Assembly: GCA_041389025.1 (NCBI GenBank)
Contig: JAWKSP010000002.1
Span: 21,246-85,245, forward strand
DNA length: 64,000 nt
Source: Minisyncoccota bacterium
Lineage (GTDB): Bacteria > Patescibacteriota > Minisyncoccia > Phycocordibacterales > UBA918
Direction of reading: 5' to 3'
Shown: in pieces, positions 48,496 through 57,806 of the stretch
Layout: the number at the start of each line of letters is the position of its first letter
Numbering within the stretch: the first letter of the stretch is position 1
Program-made: the position numbers and the translations under genes
Notes under the pieces: generated by a model
Database searches by the model: none
Seen by the model: only the letters and a program-made list of their open reading frames with translations
What the model was told of the DNA's origin: nothing

Positions 48496-48543
48496 TTCAG
48501 ATTAATTATACAAGACGAATGAGTATTTCTTTGTTTTTATGCA

Positions 48544-50598
48544 CTACATACCATCTGTTGAGATACTTCTCTCAGTTTTTTCGAACGGCAGTATTTCCAT
48601 ATCTGATACAGTATTCACCGACTGTTCTGTTTCACTTTTTTTAGTGTTTATTTCCAAATCTGAATCAGTACTAATTGATTTCATATTTAGAGTTAGATCA
48701 TCATCTGCCGAAACTGGTTTGGTACTAGTCGATACATTATCAGTCTGGTTAAATTCATCAAGATCAATATCGTCATCTATATCATTTTTTACATCAAGTG
48801 TTTTTACTGAAGGTTTGGTTTGAATCATAGCTCTTATTTCATTGGTAGACTCACTATCCGGTATTTTATCAGGAAGATCTCTTGGTAAGGTGTCTAATTG
48901 TATGAATTCTTTAGAAAAAATGTCATACCCTTTGGTTACAATATCACCATTAGCATGCAATGAATCATACACCAAAACCATCCTCGGATTATCCACCGAT
49001 AGACCTTCTGGGTCATTTACACTCAATATATTTCCAGTAGTAATATCATACATTTCAATGGTTTTTTCACCGGCTCGGTTATGCTTATTCCAAATAACTA
49101 ACGATCCTTGTATTCGAGGTCCCATATTATGATCATTGCCATCAGTTATTTGTTCTTGTTTTTTCCCATCGTATAAAATAATATTCCAACTGTTTCCAGT
49201 CCATCTTTGCCAAACCACATAATTACCCTGCTTCGCTGGTTCGGTATTGTTTACAGTATCGTTTGTAAGTTGAGTCTCTTTTTTTGTATCCAAATCATAC
49301 AAAATAATTTGATATCGATCACTAATCATTCTGTGCCAAACAATAGTATTTGTTTTTTCATCATAATAAGGAGAAGCATCTGGAACATTGTTGTGAGTCA
49401 ATTGAATTTGCTTATTTTCTTTTGTTAGAAATATTTCTAAATCACCATCTTCATCAGGAGCTGCAAATAGATCATCTTTTAAATGCTTGTCTGCTGACTC
49501 ATAACAGTAATACGAACCAGTAGCAAGTTTTGTACAGTCATTTTCATTAAATTGAAAGGCTGTGTCGTTTTTAACATATGCGACTAATGGCTCATTAGAT
49601 TTTAAACTTGAAGTAGCTGTGGTAGCGATCGCAATTTTTTCTTCTGTATTAATATTATCTAAACTTTCTTGATTATCATTAACTTGGTCACTGTAAGGTT
49701 CTTTTTCAATTTGATTTTCGTTGCTTTTGTTTTCAAAAACTGTTTTGTCGTTTTCATCTACTTCATTTATAACATTAATTTTATCTTCCATTTTCTCAAC
49801 TGACTTAGTTTGAACATTAGCATCAACAGAATCTACCGTGCTTGATGTAGAAGACTGTTTTGTTTGTAACTGTGTGCTGGAAGCATAAGTTTCTTGAAAA
49901 TCTTTTTCATCAATAACATACACATCTTCAGATAGATTGTTAGTTGAAGATGCTTTTTTAGTGGAAGACGCGTTATCTAATTGTCGTTTTGATTCTTTCT
50001 TTTCAATCTCAAAATTGTTTGTGGTTGTTATTGAAGTTGAACTATTATTATTCATCTCGGTTACAGTTTCTTTGTTCATTTGTGTTTTTTCATAGGAAGA
50101 TGAAGCAAAGGTTTCTGATTTACTTGTAATATTTTGTTTTTTTTCAATCACATCGACTTGAGGAGAATCATTGTTGTCTATTGACACCACTCCTTCCTTG
50201 TCTTTAGAATTGTTTTCTTTTGGCTCATTTTTATTTTCAAGTGACTCTTCAGATATTTTTTTGTTATCAGTTAATGGTAGATTTTCAATTTTTCTTGTAT
50301 CAACCTTTTTTTTGTTACCTTCATTATTTTCGTTCTCTTCCACATCTTCATCATATACTCCAATTTCTTCCACCATCGTCTCTGCTATTGGTTTTGCAAC
50401 TTCATTTGCATAAGCCAAACCAACTCCTTGAAGAAAAAAAGAACAGAGCAACACAAAAACTCCAAGGTAGCTTGGCAAAGTTTTGTAAACATATCTATAA
50501 AGAGACACCTTATATATAGCGCTAAATCTTTTTACATTCACTGAAGAAGTGTTTTTATTGTTTACTGTTTTTTTGTTTGGTTTTGTTTCCTTATTCAT
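48544..50598 (-). CDS. membrane-anchored surface protein: long acidic/Ser-Thr-rich low-complexity stalk + C-terminal propeller-like W-x-YD repeats
   Basis: Repeats TIVWHRMISDRYQIILYD, YVVWQRWTGNSWNIILYD, SLVIWNKHNRAGEKTIEMYD. Confidence 0.6.
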   Translation of the reverse strand: MNKETKPNKKTVNNKNTSSVNVKRFSAIYKVSLYRYVYKTLPSYLGVFVLLCSFFLQGVGLAYANEVAKPIAETMVEEIGVYDEDVEENENNEGNKKKVDTRKIENLPLTDNKKISEESLENKNEPKENNSKDKEGVVSIDNNDSPQVDVIEKKQNITSKSETFASSSYEKTQMNKETVTEMNNNSSTSITTTNNFEIEKKESKRQLDNASSTKKASSTNNLSEDVYVIDEKDFQETYASSTQLQTKQSSTSSTVDSVDANVQTKSVEKMEDKINVINEVDENDKTVFENKSNENQIEKEPYSDQVNDNQESLDNINTEEKIAIATTATSSLKSNEPLVAYVKNDTAFQFNENDCTKLATGSYYCYESADKHLKDDLFAAPDEDGDLEIFLTKENKQIQLTHNNVPDASPYYDEKTNTIVWHRMISDRYQIILYDLDTKKETQLTNDTVNNTEPAKQGNYVVWQRWTGNSWNIILYDGKKQEQITDGNDHNMGPRIQGSLVIWNKHNRAGEKTIEMYDITTGNILSVNDPEGLSVDNPRMVLVYDSLHANGDIVTKGYDIFSKEFIQLDTLPRDLPDKIPDSESTNEIRAMIQTKPSVKTLDVKNDIDDDIDLDEFNQTDNVSTSTKPVSADDDLTLNMKSISTDSDLEINTKKSETEQSVNTVSDMEILPFEKTERSISTDGM

Positions 50599-50698
50599 TA
50601 AACACAGCCTACTCGTAGCGGAGAGTAGTTTTGCCCATCACACTATAAATAATAGCAATTTTCATAGCCTTTTTAGATGTTATCAACAGTTGGCGAGC

Positions 50699-51451
50699 TT
50701 ATAAATCCATGAAGGATTTAGCTAGAATTATAGAAAAGTCAACAAACCCCATTTCTCCATCACCGTTAAAATCGTAAGTTTTTTGTTTAGAGTGCCAAGC
50801 AGACATAAAAGCACTTACATCCTTTAAAGTAACATTACCATCACCATCAATATCAGTGTTTACACTAAGTTCAGCCAAAGCTTTTACAGTAGAAAGATTT
50901 TCACCTTCTGAATATATATAAAGACTGGTTTTTCCAATTTCAGAATCATTGGTAAAAGCAACTTCAGAACCAGTTCCGTCACCCGCCAATAAGCTAGCTT
51001 TATCCAACACCAACTCCGTTTGTCCGGTTGATTTAGCTTTTACGTTAATGGTACCGATCAAATGTTCGCCCATAAAACCCCGCTTAAATGTCCCACCACT
51101 AAATCTAACTACATTTTTTTCGATCTTTGGGTCTTCTGTCCATATTGTCAAAACCGATTCTCCAATGTTAACTCCGGTAATCTCAACCAAATCAGGTGAG
51201 TACTTAACTGATATGTCAACGGCATTTACTGCAGTTTTAGCACCAACAAAAACATCAACTGAGAAACTTTCTCCTTCTATCACCATTTCCTTTGAAGAGG
51301 TTAACTTTACATACGATTTATCAGAAGAAATTACATTCGCATAATACAAACCAGTGATAGTAAATAATATAGGAAAAATGAATGCAAAACGAACAGTCTT
51401 TATTCTCTCTACTTTTCTGTTTTTGTTTACATTAAGCATTTTAAGCTTCAA
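50699..51451 (-). CDS. N-anchored protein with cohesin-like beta-sandwich domain and C-terminal dockerin (twin F-hand) module
   Basis: DIDGDGNVTLKDVSAFMSAW .. DFNGDGEMGFVDFSIILAKSF match dockerin positions 1,3,5,9,12. The middle domain is paralogous to the 53491..53952 and 53956..55047 N-terminal domains. Confidence 0.6.
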   Translation of the reverse strand: MKLKMLNVNKNRKVERIKTVRFAFIFPILFTITGLYYANVISSDKSYVKLTSSKEMVIEGESFSVDVFVGAKTAVNAVDISVKYSPDLVEITGVNIGESVLTIWTEDPKIEKNVVRFSGGTFKRGFMGEHLIGTINVKAKSTGQTELVLDKASLLAGDGTGSEVAFTNDSEIGKTSLYIYSEGENLSTVKALAELSVNTDIDGDGNVTLKDVSAFMSAWHSKQKTYDFNGDGEMGFVDFSIILAKSFMDL

Positions 51452-52115
51452 TCAAATTCGAACGTATTGTGGAAGCTTTTTCAGTCACCACAATCAGTTT
51501 TCCTTTTATGTTACTAGCTTTATCTCTTAATTCAATTATTTCTTTCGAACGCAAATCATTGGTTTGTAAAAGAGACAAAATTATTTGTCTTTGCACTGTG
51601 ACCAGCGACTCAAATTCATCACGAATACTTTTCTCTAATGAAACTAATTCTTTCCAACCACTAATGTCCACTGCAACCTCATCAAAATCTCCCAGAATTG
51701 AGCGCTGTAGAACCATTTGCTCAACAATCTCTATCTCACGTTGCAGTTGACTTAACATCACCGTACGTTGCCCCACAAAGACGTATCCGCATTGATTAAA
51801 AAGACTGTTGAGCTCTGTTAGTTCAATTTTGGTTAAACCTTTGTCCAGTGACGACAATAGTGAGTCAAACTTTTGTCTAGTTTCAATTGGACATTTAGGC
51901 ACAACTGCTTCAGTTAATTCATTTCCACCACCACGACCGGTAATGGAAGCTAATTCCTTAACTAGAATAAGCTGGTTTTCAATTTCGTTATCTAATAAGA
52001 TTTTTACTGAATTAAGTTTTTTGTCACTAATGGCAGTTGATAGAAAATATATAACCAATATCCCTAAAACTATTCCGCCGATAAATGTATACTGTCTTTT
52101 GGTTGTTTCTGTCAT
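51441..52115 (-). CDS. N-anchored coiled-coil protein, hypothetical
   Basis: 224 aa. TM helix FIGGIVLGILVIYFL. Heptad-rich remainder. Confidence 0.5.
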   Translation of the reverse strand: MTETTKRQYTFIGGIVLGILVIYFLSTAISDKKLNSVKILLDNEIENQLILVKELASITGRGGGNELTEAVVPKCPIETRQKFDSLLSSLDKGLTKIELTELNSLFNQCGYVFVGQRTVMLSQLQREIEIVEQMVLQRSILGDFDEVAVDISGWKELVSLEKSIRDEFESLVTVQRQIILSLLQTNDLRSKEIIELRDKASNIKGKLIVVTEKASTIRSNLIEA

Positions 52116-52186
52116 AATATATATTAAATTTAATTTTTACAATTCTATCACAATTTAATAAGCCTGATTTCGCTAAACATCGATTT

Positions 52187-53488
52187 TTATTTGTTTAATT
52201 CATCGATATCGTTTAATTCTTTTTCAATTCTATACTTGGATGAAGACAGAGCCGATTTCATACCGGTAACCACATCATCTTCAGCTTTTGTGAGTTTTTT
52301 CGTGCGCCGTGAGTTTACAAGTTCAGTTTCATAAGCGTCCATAAATCTTTCTAGCTCCGTAAACTCCCGTTTCAAGATGGCGATGGCTTCGGTGGATTCG
52401 GTTTGTACTCGCTTTCGATAGCGCTTAAATCTCAGCAAGGTATACCAAATCAAGAAAGCTAAAAGAGTCAATGTGCCTACTAGTGGAACTATTACCGATA
52501 AAATATCCACTACATAACTACCAATCCTAACAAATCCCGGTTCTTGAACTGCTATTCTAATTGATTCAGATCTTTCGGATACCGCGCCAAAAGCGTCAGT
52601 TGCCACGACTTCTAACTCATAAACACCCTTTGATAGAGTACTTTCCGGTATAAAGACAAATTCACCACTTTCGTTTGCTTTCAAATTATATTCAATTTGG
52701 TTGGCGCCAACCTTTTTTAAAAAGACATTAACATCTGAACCTGGTCTGGTCATTCCTTTAATAACCGGTATAACTTGATCGTTTATTTCATTTGGGTATT
52801 CGGTGAAGGTAGGCTTATCAAATGCGGTAATTGTAAATGAATAGGTTGAAATCAAAGCATTTCCAGCACCATCAATAGCTTCTGCCACTATAGAATGATA
52901 TCCAGGGGATAAACTAGGGAGTGTGAATTCACCAGTTTCATCTATATCAATAAACTCAACCGGCTCTTCTTCATCGATTTTAATCTTATAGTTTTTTACG
53001 CCTGATGTCTCATCTTCTGTTTCAAACAAAAGAGTTTGGTTCGGCGAGCTAAAATCAACACCTTCTGGAGAAGTGATAGTAAACAAAGTCGGTGATTTAC
53101 TATCGACCGCCAGACGGTAGTGAGCCACTTTACCCCAGCCGTTTTCATTTTTAAATTGCAAATGGAAATATAACTCACCTTCCGGTAACGAATCTAAAGT
53201 AATGGTGTTAATTGGTGTGTTATAGACCTTGGTTGGTATGGAACTTGGTGTGGTATCCAATAAGGTTCTAACTGCCACAATGTCGTTTGGCACAGTCCAG
53301 TTTAAAATTGCTGTATCATTTTTATACCAAGAATTACTGTCAACGTGAGTGGATGATGTTATTTTTGGTGTTTGCGGAGTATTCGCCACTGGCACATACC
53401 AACCACCTCCGGTTCCGGCTGAGAACTCACGGCTTGAATAGTGTACGTTCCACCGACATATTTGAAATAATGTTTGAACCCATTCCAT
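52187..53488 (-). CDS. Ig-like-domain surface protein with C-terminal TM anchor and coiled-coil tail; probably the C-terminal part of one gene with 53491..53952
   Basis: No signal peptide of its own. C-terminal helix VVDILSVIVPLVGTLTLLAFLIWY. Architecture matches the C-terminal two-thirds of paralog 53956..55047. Confidence 0.55.
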   Translation of the reverse strand: MEWVQTLFQICRWNVHYSSREFSAGTGGGWYVPVANTPQTPKITSSTHVDSNSWYKNDTAILNWTVPNDIVAVRTLLDTTPSSIPTKVYNTPINTITLDSLPEGELYFHLQFKNENGWGKVAHYRLAVDSKSPTLFTITSPEGVDFSSPNQTLLFETEDETSGVKNYKIKIDEEEPVEFIDIDETGEFTLPSLSPGYHSIVAEAIDGAGNALISTYSFTITAFDKPTFTEYPNEINDQVIPVIKGMTRPGSDVNVFLKKVGANQIEYNLKANESGEFVFIPESTLSKGVYELEVVATDAFGAVSERSESIRIAVQEPGFVRIGSYVVDILSVIVPLVGTLTLLAFLIWYTLLRFKRYRKRVQTESTEAIAILKREFTELERFMDAYETELVNSRRTKKLTKAEDDVVTGMKSALSSSKYRIEKELNDIDELNK

Positions 53489-53490
53489 CG

Positions 53491-53952
53491 TTAGCCAGCA
53501 CCGGACCCATCACCAAATGAAACCTTAGCCGAATTAGCAGAAAGAGTTTTAAAGGTGACATTAAAAATGTTACCTGAAGCACCAGAGTAACCACTAGGTT
53601 TTCCGCCACTAAAGGTAATTGTGCCGGCACTATTAGAAAAAGTTGGTTCTGTTACCCAGAGATTGAATATAGAAGCTGACTTGTCGATTGATACTACAGA
53701 TAAGTGCTGTGGATTAAATTTTAAAGTACCTTCCGCGGCGTTTATGCTTTTGCCACCGGTATTTACAGTGATTGACGCAGTGAAAAGTTTATTTATCTGA
53801 TAAACACCGGTGGAAGGCGTAACTGAGAGTGTAGCAGCGTTTATAGTTACTGGAAAAAAGACAACAATGCTTACTAGATAAAACCTAAATAACCAATTCA
53901 ATTTACTGTTTATCGAAAGAAAGAACTTACTTTTAAAGATGTAACTTTGCAT
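53491..53952 (-). CDS. signal peptide + cohesin-like domain (probable N-terminal part of the split gene)
   Basis: ATLSVTPSTGVYQINKLFTASITV..WVTEPTFSNSAGTITFSGGKPSGYSG paralogous to the other cohesin-like domains. TAA, then 2 nt, then the ATG of the next ORF. Confidence 0.55.
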   Translation of the reverse strand: MQSYIFKSKFFLSINSKLNWLFRFYLVSIVVFFPVTINAATLSVTPSTGVYQINKLFTASITVNTGGKSINAAEGTLKFNPQHLSVVSIDKSASIFNLWVTEPTFSNSAGTITFSGGKPSGYSGASGNIFNVTFKTLSANSAKVSFGDGSGAG

Positions 53953-53955
53953 GCT

Positions 53956-55047
53956 TTATTTTTGATTACTTGATTCTTTATCAAAGTCAGCTTCTTCATC
54001 ATTGGTTATTTCACCTGCTACCTCACTTTCGACTTCTCTTTCTAAGGCTTCTTTTTTTCTTCTTCTGACGTAGTAAATTGAAGTGAAGATAATTATGACC
54101 AGCACGACAATAGATACTATCGCTACCATATTTAGAGAATTGTTTTTAAATCCTGCAACATCAGACCGTAATGATTCATCAGGTACTAAGGTAGCCACAT
54201 ATTCATTACCGGCCTTATCAAAGGCTCGTACTCTAATAGTGCTATTTAAGGTCTGATCGTCCAGTATGTAAGGACTATTGGCTTTAACCCATTCTTTTCC
54301 TACTCCGCCCCAAGCAAAACTACTAAATTGAGATAATGGTTCTTCCATCACTTCATAGTGACTTATACCAGTCTGTTTGTCCTTCGTTGAGAAAATAATG
54401 TAATAACGGCCGTTAAAATTAATTCCTTTTTCATCTCTGATCAGATTGATACTGAATTCCTCTGGTGGAAGATCGTCTTCACGAACCAGTCGATGCCAAT
54501 CATCAGTAATATTAGCAGCCGGATCATTCTCCAAAGCAACCTTCATACCGTAAGTAGTGAGCGGGGCTTTAGTACCCTGCCCGTCATTTAGTAAAATTTG
54601 CGTGGTTGGCAAGAAGGAAACTACAGCTTCAGTACTGGTAGATTTTACACCGATTTGCAAACCTGGAGATCTAAACATTATCTCAGCAATAATATTTGTA
54701 AGACTAGGATCCCCGTCAACACGACCACAATATCCATTTGGAATACCTCCGGCAAAGGATATTGTCCTATCTTCTTTGTTAATAGTTGGCTCCTCGATCC
54801 ATACACTCAAAATAGATTTACCAATAGAAGTATCGACTGGTTGAATATTTTCAGAATATTCTAAAACCGCATCGATAACATTAATACATTCTCCGTTTTC
54901 TTTGTCCGGCATTAATCTAACAGCAGATATAAGAGTATCGCCACGATGTAAAGTTGCGGTGGCTGGATCAATATATAAAGTCGCCGCTAAAGTTTGATTA
55001 CTAGTTATAAGAAGAATAGAAACCAAAAAAGGAGTTAGGTATTTCAT
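53956..55047 (-). CDS. signal peptide + cohesin-like domain + Ig-like domain + C-terminal TM anchor with acidic tail
   Basis: ATLYIDPATATLHRGDTLISAVRL..WIEEPTINKEDRTISFAGGIPNGYCG. C-terminal helix MVAIVSIVVLVIIIFTSIYYV. Confidence 0.6.
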   Translation of the reverse strand: MKYLTPFLVSILLITSNQTLAATLYIDPATATLHRGDTLISAVRLMPDKENGECINVIDAVLEYSENIQPVDTSIGKSILSVWIEEPTINKEDRTISFAGGIPNGYCGRVDGDPSLTNIIAEIMFRSPGLQIGVKSTSTEAVVSFLPTTQILLNDGQGTKAPLTTYGMKVALENDPAANITDDWHRLVREDDLPPEEFSINLIRDEKGINFNGRYYIIFSTKDKQTGISHYEVMEEPLSQFSSFAWGGVGKEWVKANSPYILDDQTLNSTIRVRAFDKAGNEYVATLVPDESLRSDVAGFKNNSLNMVAIVSIVVLVIIIFTSIYYVRRRKKEALEREVESEVAGEITNDEEADFDKESSNQK

Positions 55048-55104
55048 ATATTCTAAATTATATCAAATCTTTATCAAACCTAGTTTAAATATATACACAA
55101 CTTT

Positions 55105-55144
55105 AGACAAACAAAAAACCCGTCTCGTGGTGGGAGATAGGTTT
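55105..55144 (-). terminator. hairpin AAACCTATCTC-ccaccac-GAGACGGGTTT + TTTTGTTTGT on the minus strand, internal to the surface locus
   Basis: One mismatch in an 11-bp stem, read directly. Confidence 0.5.
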
Positions 55145-55180
55145 TCTGTTTTAAACTCCAAGCTTGAAGCCAATACTGTT

Positions 55181-55906
55181 TTAAAATACTGGCGTTGCTA
55201 CGTATGTCAGCGTAGCAGTATAGTCATCTGCTGCTTCTTGCAAAGCGGTTGCTTCAACGGTGTAACCAATTCTAGCTACACCGACACCGTCGTTGGTGCC
55301 ATTAGCAGGACCGTCGTTTCTGAATATCTCTACCGGAGTAGTTGATGCTGAAACGTAGGCTCTACCTGAACCACCAACATCAAACTCATCAGATAGACCG
55401 GCTGTTACAGTTGAGTCGTTCGAAGTTATACCCCAATGTCCATAAGTATCTTCATTTCCAATCGTTTCAGACGGCGATACCCAAAGAGTAGGTGTTGAGG
55501 TGTATGCACCATCAGCAAACCCATCTATATCTGCACCAGTTGCAGATATTAGTTGTCCATCTGCCTGAACAGTAACCACAAAGCCGTTGGCGGCGTTAGT
55601 GCTTACAGAAAGATCCTGAGCAATTGTGGCTGGTGTATCAGCCGCAAGTGTACCAAAAGGAATCGTGGTTGGTGTTGAAGTACCAGTTGTTGTATCCTGA
55701 TTGACACCAAGACCGTTTCCAACACCATTTACCGTAAAGTTAAAGATTGTATCTACTGATGCAGTAACTGTTACTGTATCTACAATAGCAACTCTAGTTT
55801 GTCCAGTGTCTGTTCCACTATCAATATCAACATCGATAGTGTAAGAACCAGAGGTTGGGTTGGTTATTTGGTTTGTTCCAGTTCCATTGGTGGTAAAGCA
55901 TACCAA
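55181..55906 (-). CDS. Thr/Gly-rich surface-protein fragment with no Met (begins at TTG immediately after a TAA); probable downstream half of a split gene with 55827..56330
   Basis: 241 codons containing no internal Met. The overlapping upstream ORF carries the signal peptide. Same composition in both. Confidence 0.45.
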   Translation of the reverse strand: MVCFTTNGTGTNQITNPTSGSYTIDVDIDSGTDTGQTRVAIVDTVTVTASVDTIFNFTVNGVGNGLGVNQDTTTGTSTPTTIPFGTLAADTPATIAQDLSVSTNAANGFVVTVQADGQLISATGADIDGFADGAYTSTPTLWVSPSETIGNEDTYGHWGITSNDSTVTAGLSDEFDVGGSGRAYVSASTTPVEIFRNDGPANGTNDGVGVARIGYTVEATALQEAADDYTATLTYVATPVF

Positions 55907-56330
55907 TTTGAATTGTTACGGTAGCCCCTGCACCAATGGTGTCTGTACCGCTAGTTATGTCTATAACCTGACCGGCTGTTGTAACATTCCAGTCAACACC
56001 ATTAGCCGCTCCATCGATAAGAGACTCTTCGGTTCCTGATACATTCATATCAAGATCTTGAGCTACTAAACTACCGATACCTGTAAAACCTGACTGAAAA
56101 GTGAGGGAGATTACTCCACCTGCACCTAAACCAGTCGGTGTAACAAAACTAATTGTGTGATCAGAAACAGTTGAAGGAGCTGAATCTGAAAGAGTGTCGC
56201 TAAAGTTTGTGACATTTGCAGCTTCCACAAACCTAATCATAGGTAGGCCTATTGACCAAAGTACTATGGCTATTATTGAAGTCACCGCAACAGCTTGGAG
56301 CAATGAGAACGAAAATAGCGTTCTTAACAT
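55827..56330 (-). CDS. signal-peptide-bearing N-terminal part of a Thr/Gly-rich surface protein
   Basis: MLRTLFSFSLLQAVAVTSIIAIVLW. Overlaps the next ORF by 80 nt in another frame. Confidence 0.5.
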   Translation of the reverse strand: MLRTLFSFSLLQAVAVTSIIAIVLWSIGLPMIRFVEAANVTNFSDTLSDSAPSTVSDHTISFVTPTGLGAGGVISLTFQSGFTGIGSLVAQDLDMNVSGTEESLIDGAANGVDWNVTTAGQVIDITSGTDTIGAGATVTIQIGMLYHQWNWNKPNNQPNLWFLHYRC

Positions 56331-56392
56331 ATTGCTCTACGTTGTATTAGTCCACAGTCCGGATCTAACACGTCGCGACTCCGTGCTTCCGA

Positions 56393-56409
56393 ATGGTTAA
56401 ATTAACCAT
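56393..56409. promoter_or_regulatory. perfect 17-nt palindrome ATGGTTAA-a-TTAACCAT ~65 nt upstream of the start at 56330 (candidate operator)
   Basis: Read directly, inside a 275-bp intergenic leader. Confidence 0.35.
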
Positions 56410-56606
56410 GCAATGTGAGGTCTCCACTCCGCACATCTAAAAAAGCACTGTAAACATATCTGCTTTGTAATACTTGGCTGAAGTACCCAAGTTACGCGAC
56501 AAACTTGCAGTGAATCTAAAATGGTTCACCTCCAAAACAGATACATTTTTATTTTAACTTTTTTCTAAAATTTAAAAGCGTACTTATACACAAAATTTGA
56601 AAAAAC

Positions 56607-57806
56607 TTAACCTGTCCAATTAAAAAGTAAGATTGAAAAATCTTCTATGCCAACCTTTCCATTGCCGTTTATGTCAGCGGACGGATTTGAATTCCCACCG
56701 TCACTTCCCCACCAAAAAATCAAAATAGAAAAGTCCACCAAGTTTACATTGTTATCACGATTTAAATCTGATGAGGTGGTGATCTTACCCTCCACACCAA
56801 CAAACAACTGTAAAGCTGTACTGAAGCTACTTTCAGTCGTTAGTGGTTCTACCCCAGTAACTGAACGGACTTTGATATTGTGTTCATCAACCGAAAGTTT
56901 TGCAACATTTAATATTCCAGACCATTCCCCGTCCGAATCAGAATTAAATGTCTGCAACAGATTTGTATTATCAGCAAAGACTTCAATCTTTGCATTTGGT
57001 ACAGATTGCCCGCTAATCGTTACTTCATCACCAAAGTCGATCTGTTGGTCAGAAAGACGTATGGTTGGTGGTATTATAATACCCGTTAAATTAGTTATAG
57101 CCCCATGTGTTACGTCAAAAGTAGTGTTGAATGTAACTGATTTCGTACTTTTGCTGTCAGTAGCCCAAAAACTGAGTGAAGCAGTTCCTGGTGAAGCTTC
57201 AGTTGAAAAATCAAACTCACCAGAACTATCTGCTTTTACAGTACCAACTTGTTCGGTATCCAGCAAAATATTTACTATTCGACTTGGATAAGATTTTCCT
57301 GATATGCTAATTTCGGTATCATTTAGTTTTTTTGTACTTCCTCCTCCACCGCCACTATTTCCACCAGAACTACCACCACCACCAGAGCCAGCCGGTTCAA
57401 TTTTACAGATTGCCGAGCAAAAATCTCCATTGTCATTATTGCCATCATCACACTCCTCACCGTAAGTGGTTTGCAAAATACCGTCTCCGCAATATGGTCC
57501 CCAGAGACAAGCTGGGGTACACTGCCTGCCTACGATAGTGGTACTGTAGACACCTGTTTCTCCCGGCGTATCACATTGTTCGTTACTATCCACCAAGGAA
57601 TTACCGCAAATACTTAAATTCACTGTTGTGGTGGCAGAAGTTGTAGTGGCGCCGTATGCTTGTGACACACTCAATAATTGCAAAATAAAAAGCACAATGC
57701 ATGATAAGGCAAAACAAAGAGTTGTCCCTTTACTTAAATCTAATTTTAGTAGGGTTTTAAAAAACTTCATAATTATCCTATTTCGCTTTATATCTTGACC
57801 GAGCAA
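56607..57806 (-). CDS. secreted protein: two myxococcus-type Cys-rich repeats, Gly-rich linker, Ig-like domains, C-terminal dockerin module
   Basis: CGNSLVDSNEQCDTPGE..C and CGDGILQTTYGEECDDGNNDNGDFCSAIC (TIGR02232-like). DLNRDNNVNLVDFSILIFWW .. DINGNGKVGIEDFSILLFNW dockerin F-hands. Confidence 0.7.
   Translation of the reverse strand: MLGQDIKRNRIIMKFFKTLLKLDLSKGTTLCFALSCIVLFILQLLSVSQAYGATTTSATTTVNLSICGNSLVDSNEQCDTPGETGVYSTTIVGRQCTPACLWGPYCGDGILQTTYGEECDDGNNDNGDFCSAICKIEPAGSGGGGSSGGNSGGGGGSTKKLNDTEISISGKSYPSRIVNILLDTEQVGTVKADSSGEFDFSTEASPGTASLSFWATDSKSTKSVTFNTTFDVTHGAITNLTGIIIPPTIRLSDQQIDFGDEVTISGQSVPNAKIEVFADNTNLLQTFNSDSDGEWSGILNVAKLSVDEHNIKVRSVTGVEPLTTESSFSTALQLFVGVEGKITTSSDLNRDNNVNLVDFSILIFWWGSDGGNSNPSADINGNGKVGIEDFSILLFNWTG

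Noticed and set aside
56647-57291. 214-aa plus-strand ORF overlapping the dockerin/Cys-repeat gene
   Set aside because: The minus-strand frame carries recognisable domains (Cys-rich repeats, dockerin) and fits the operon. The plus ORF is low-complexity antisense.
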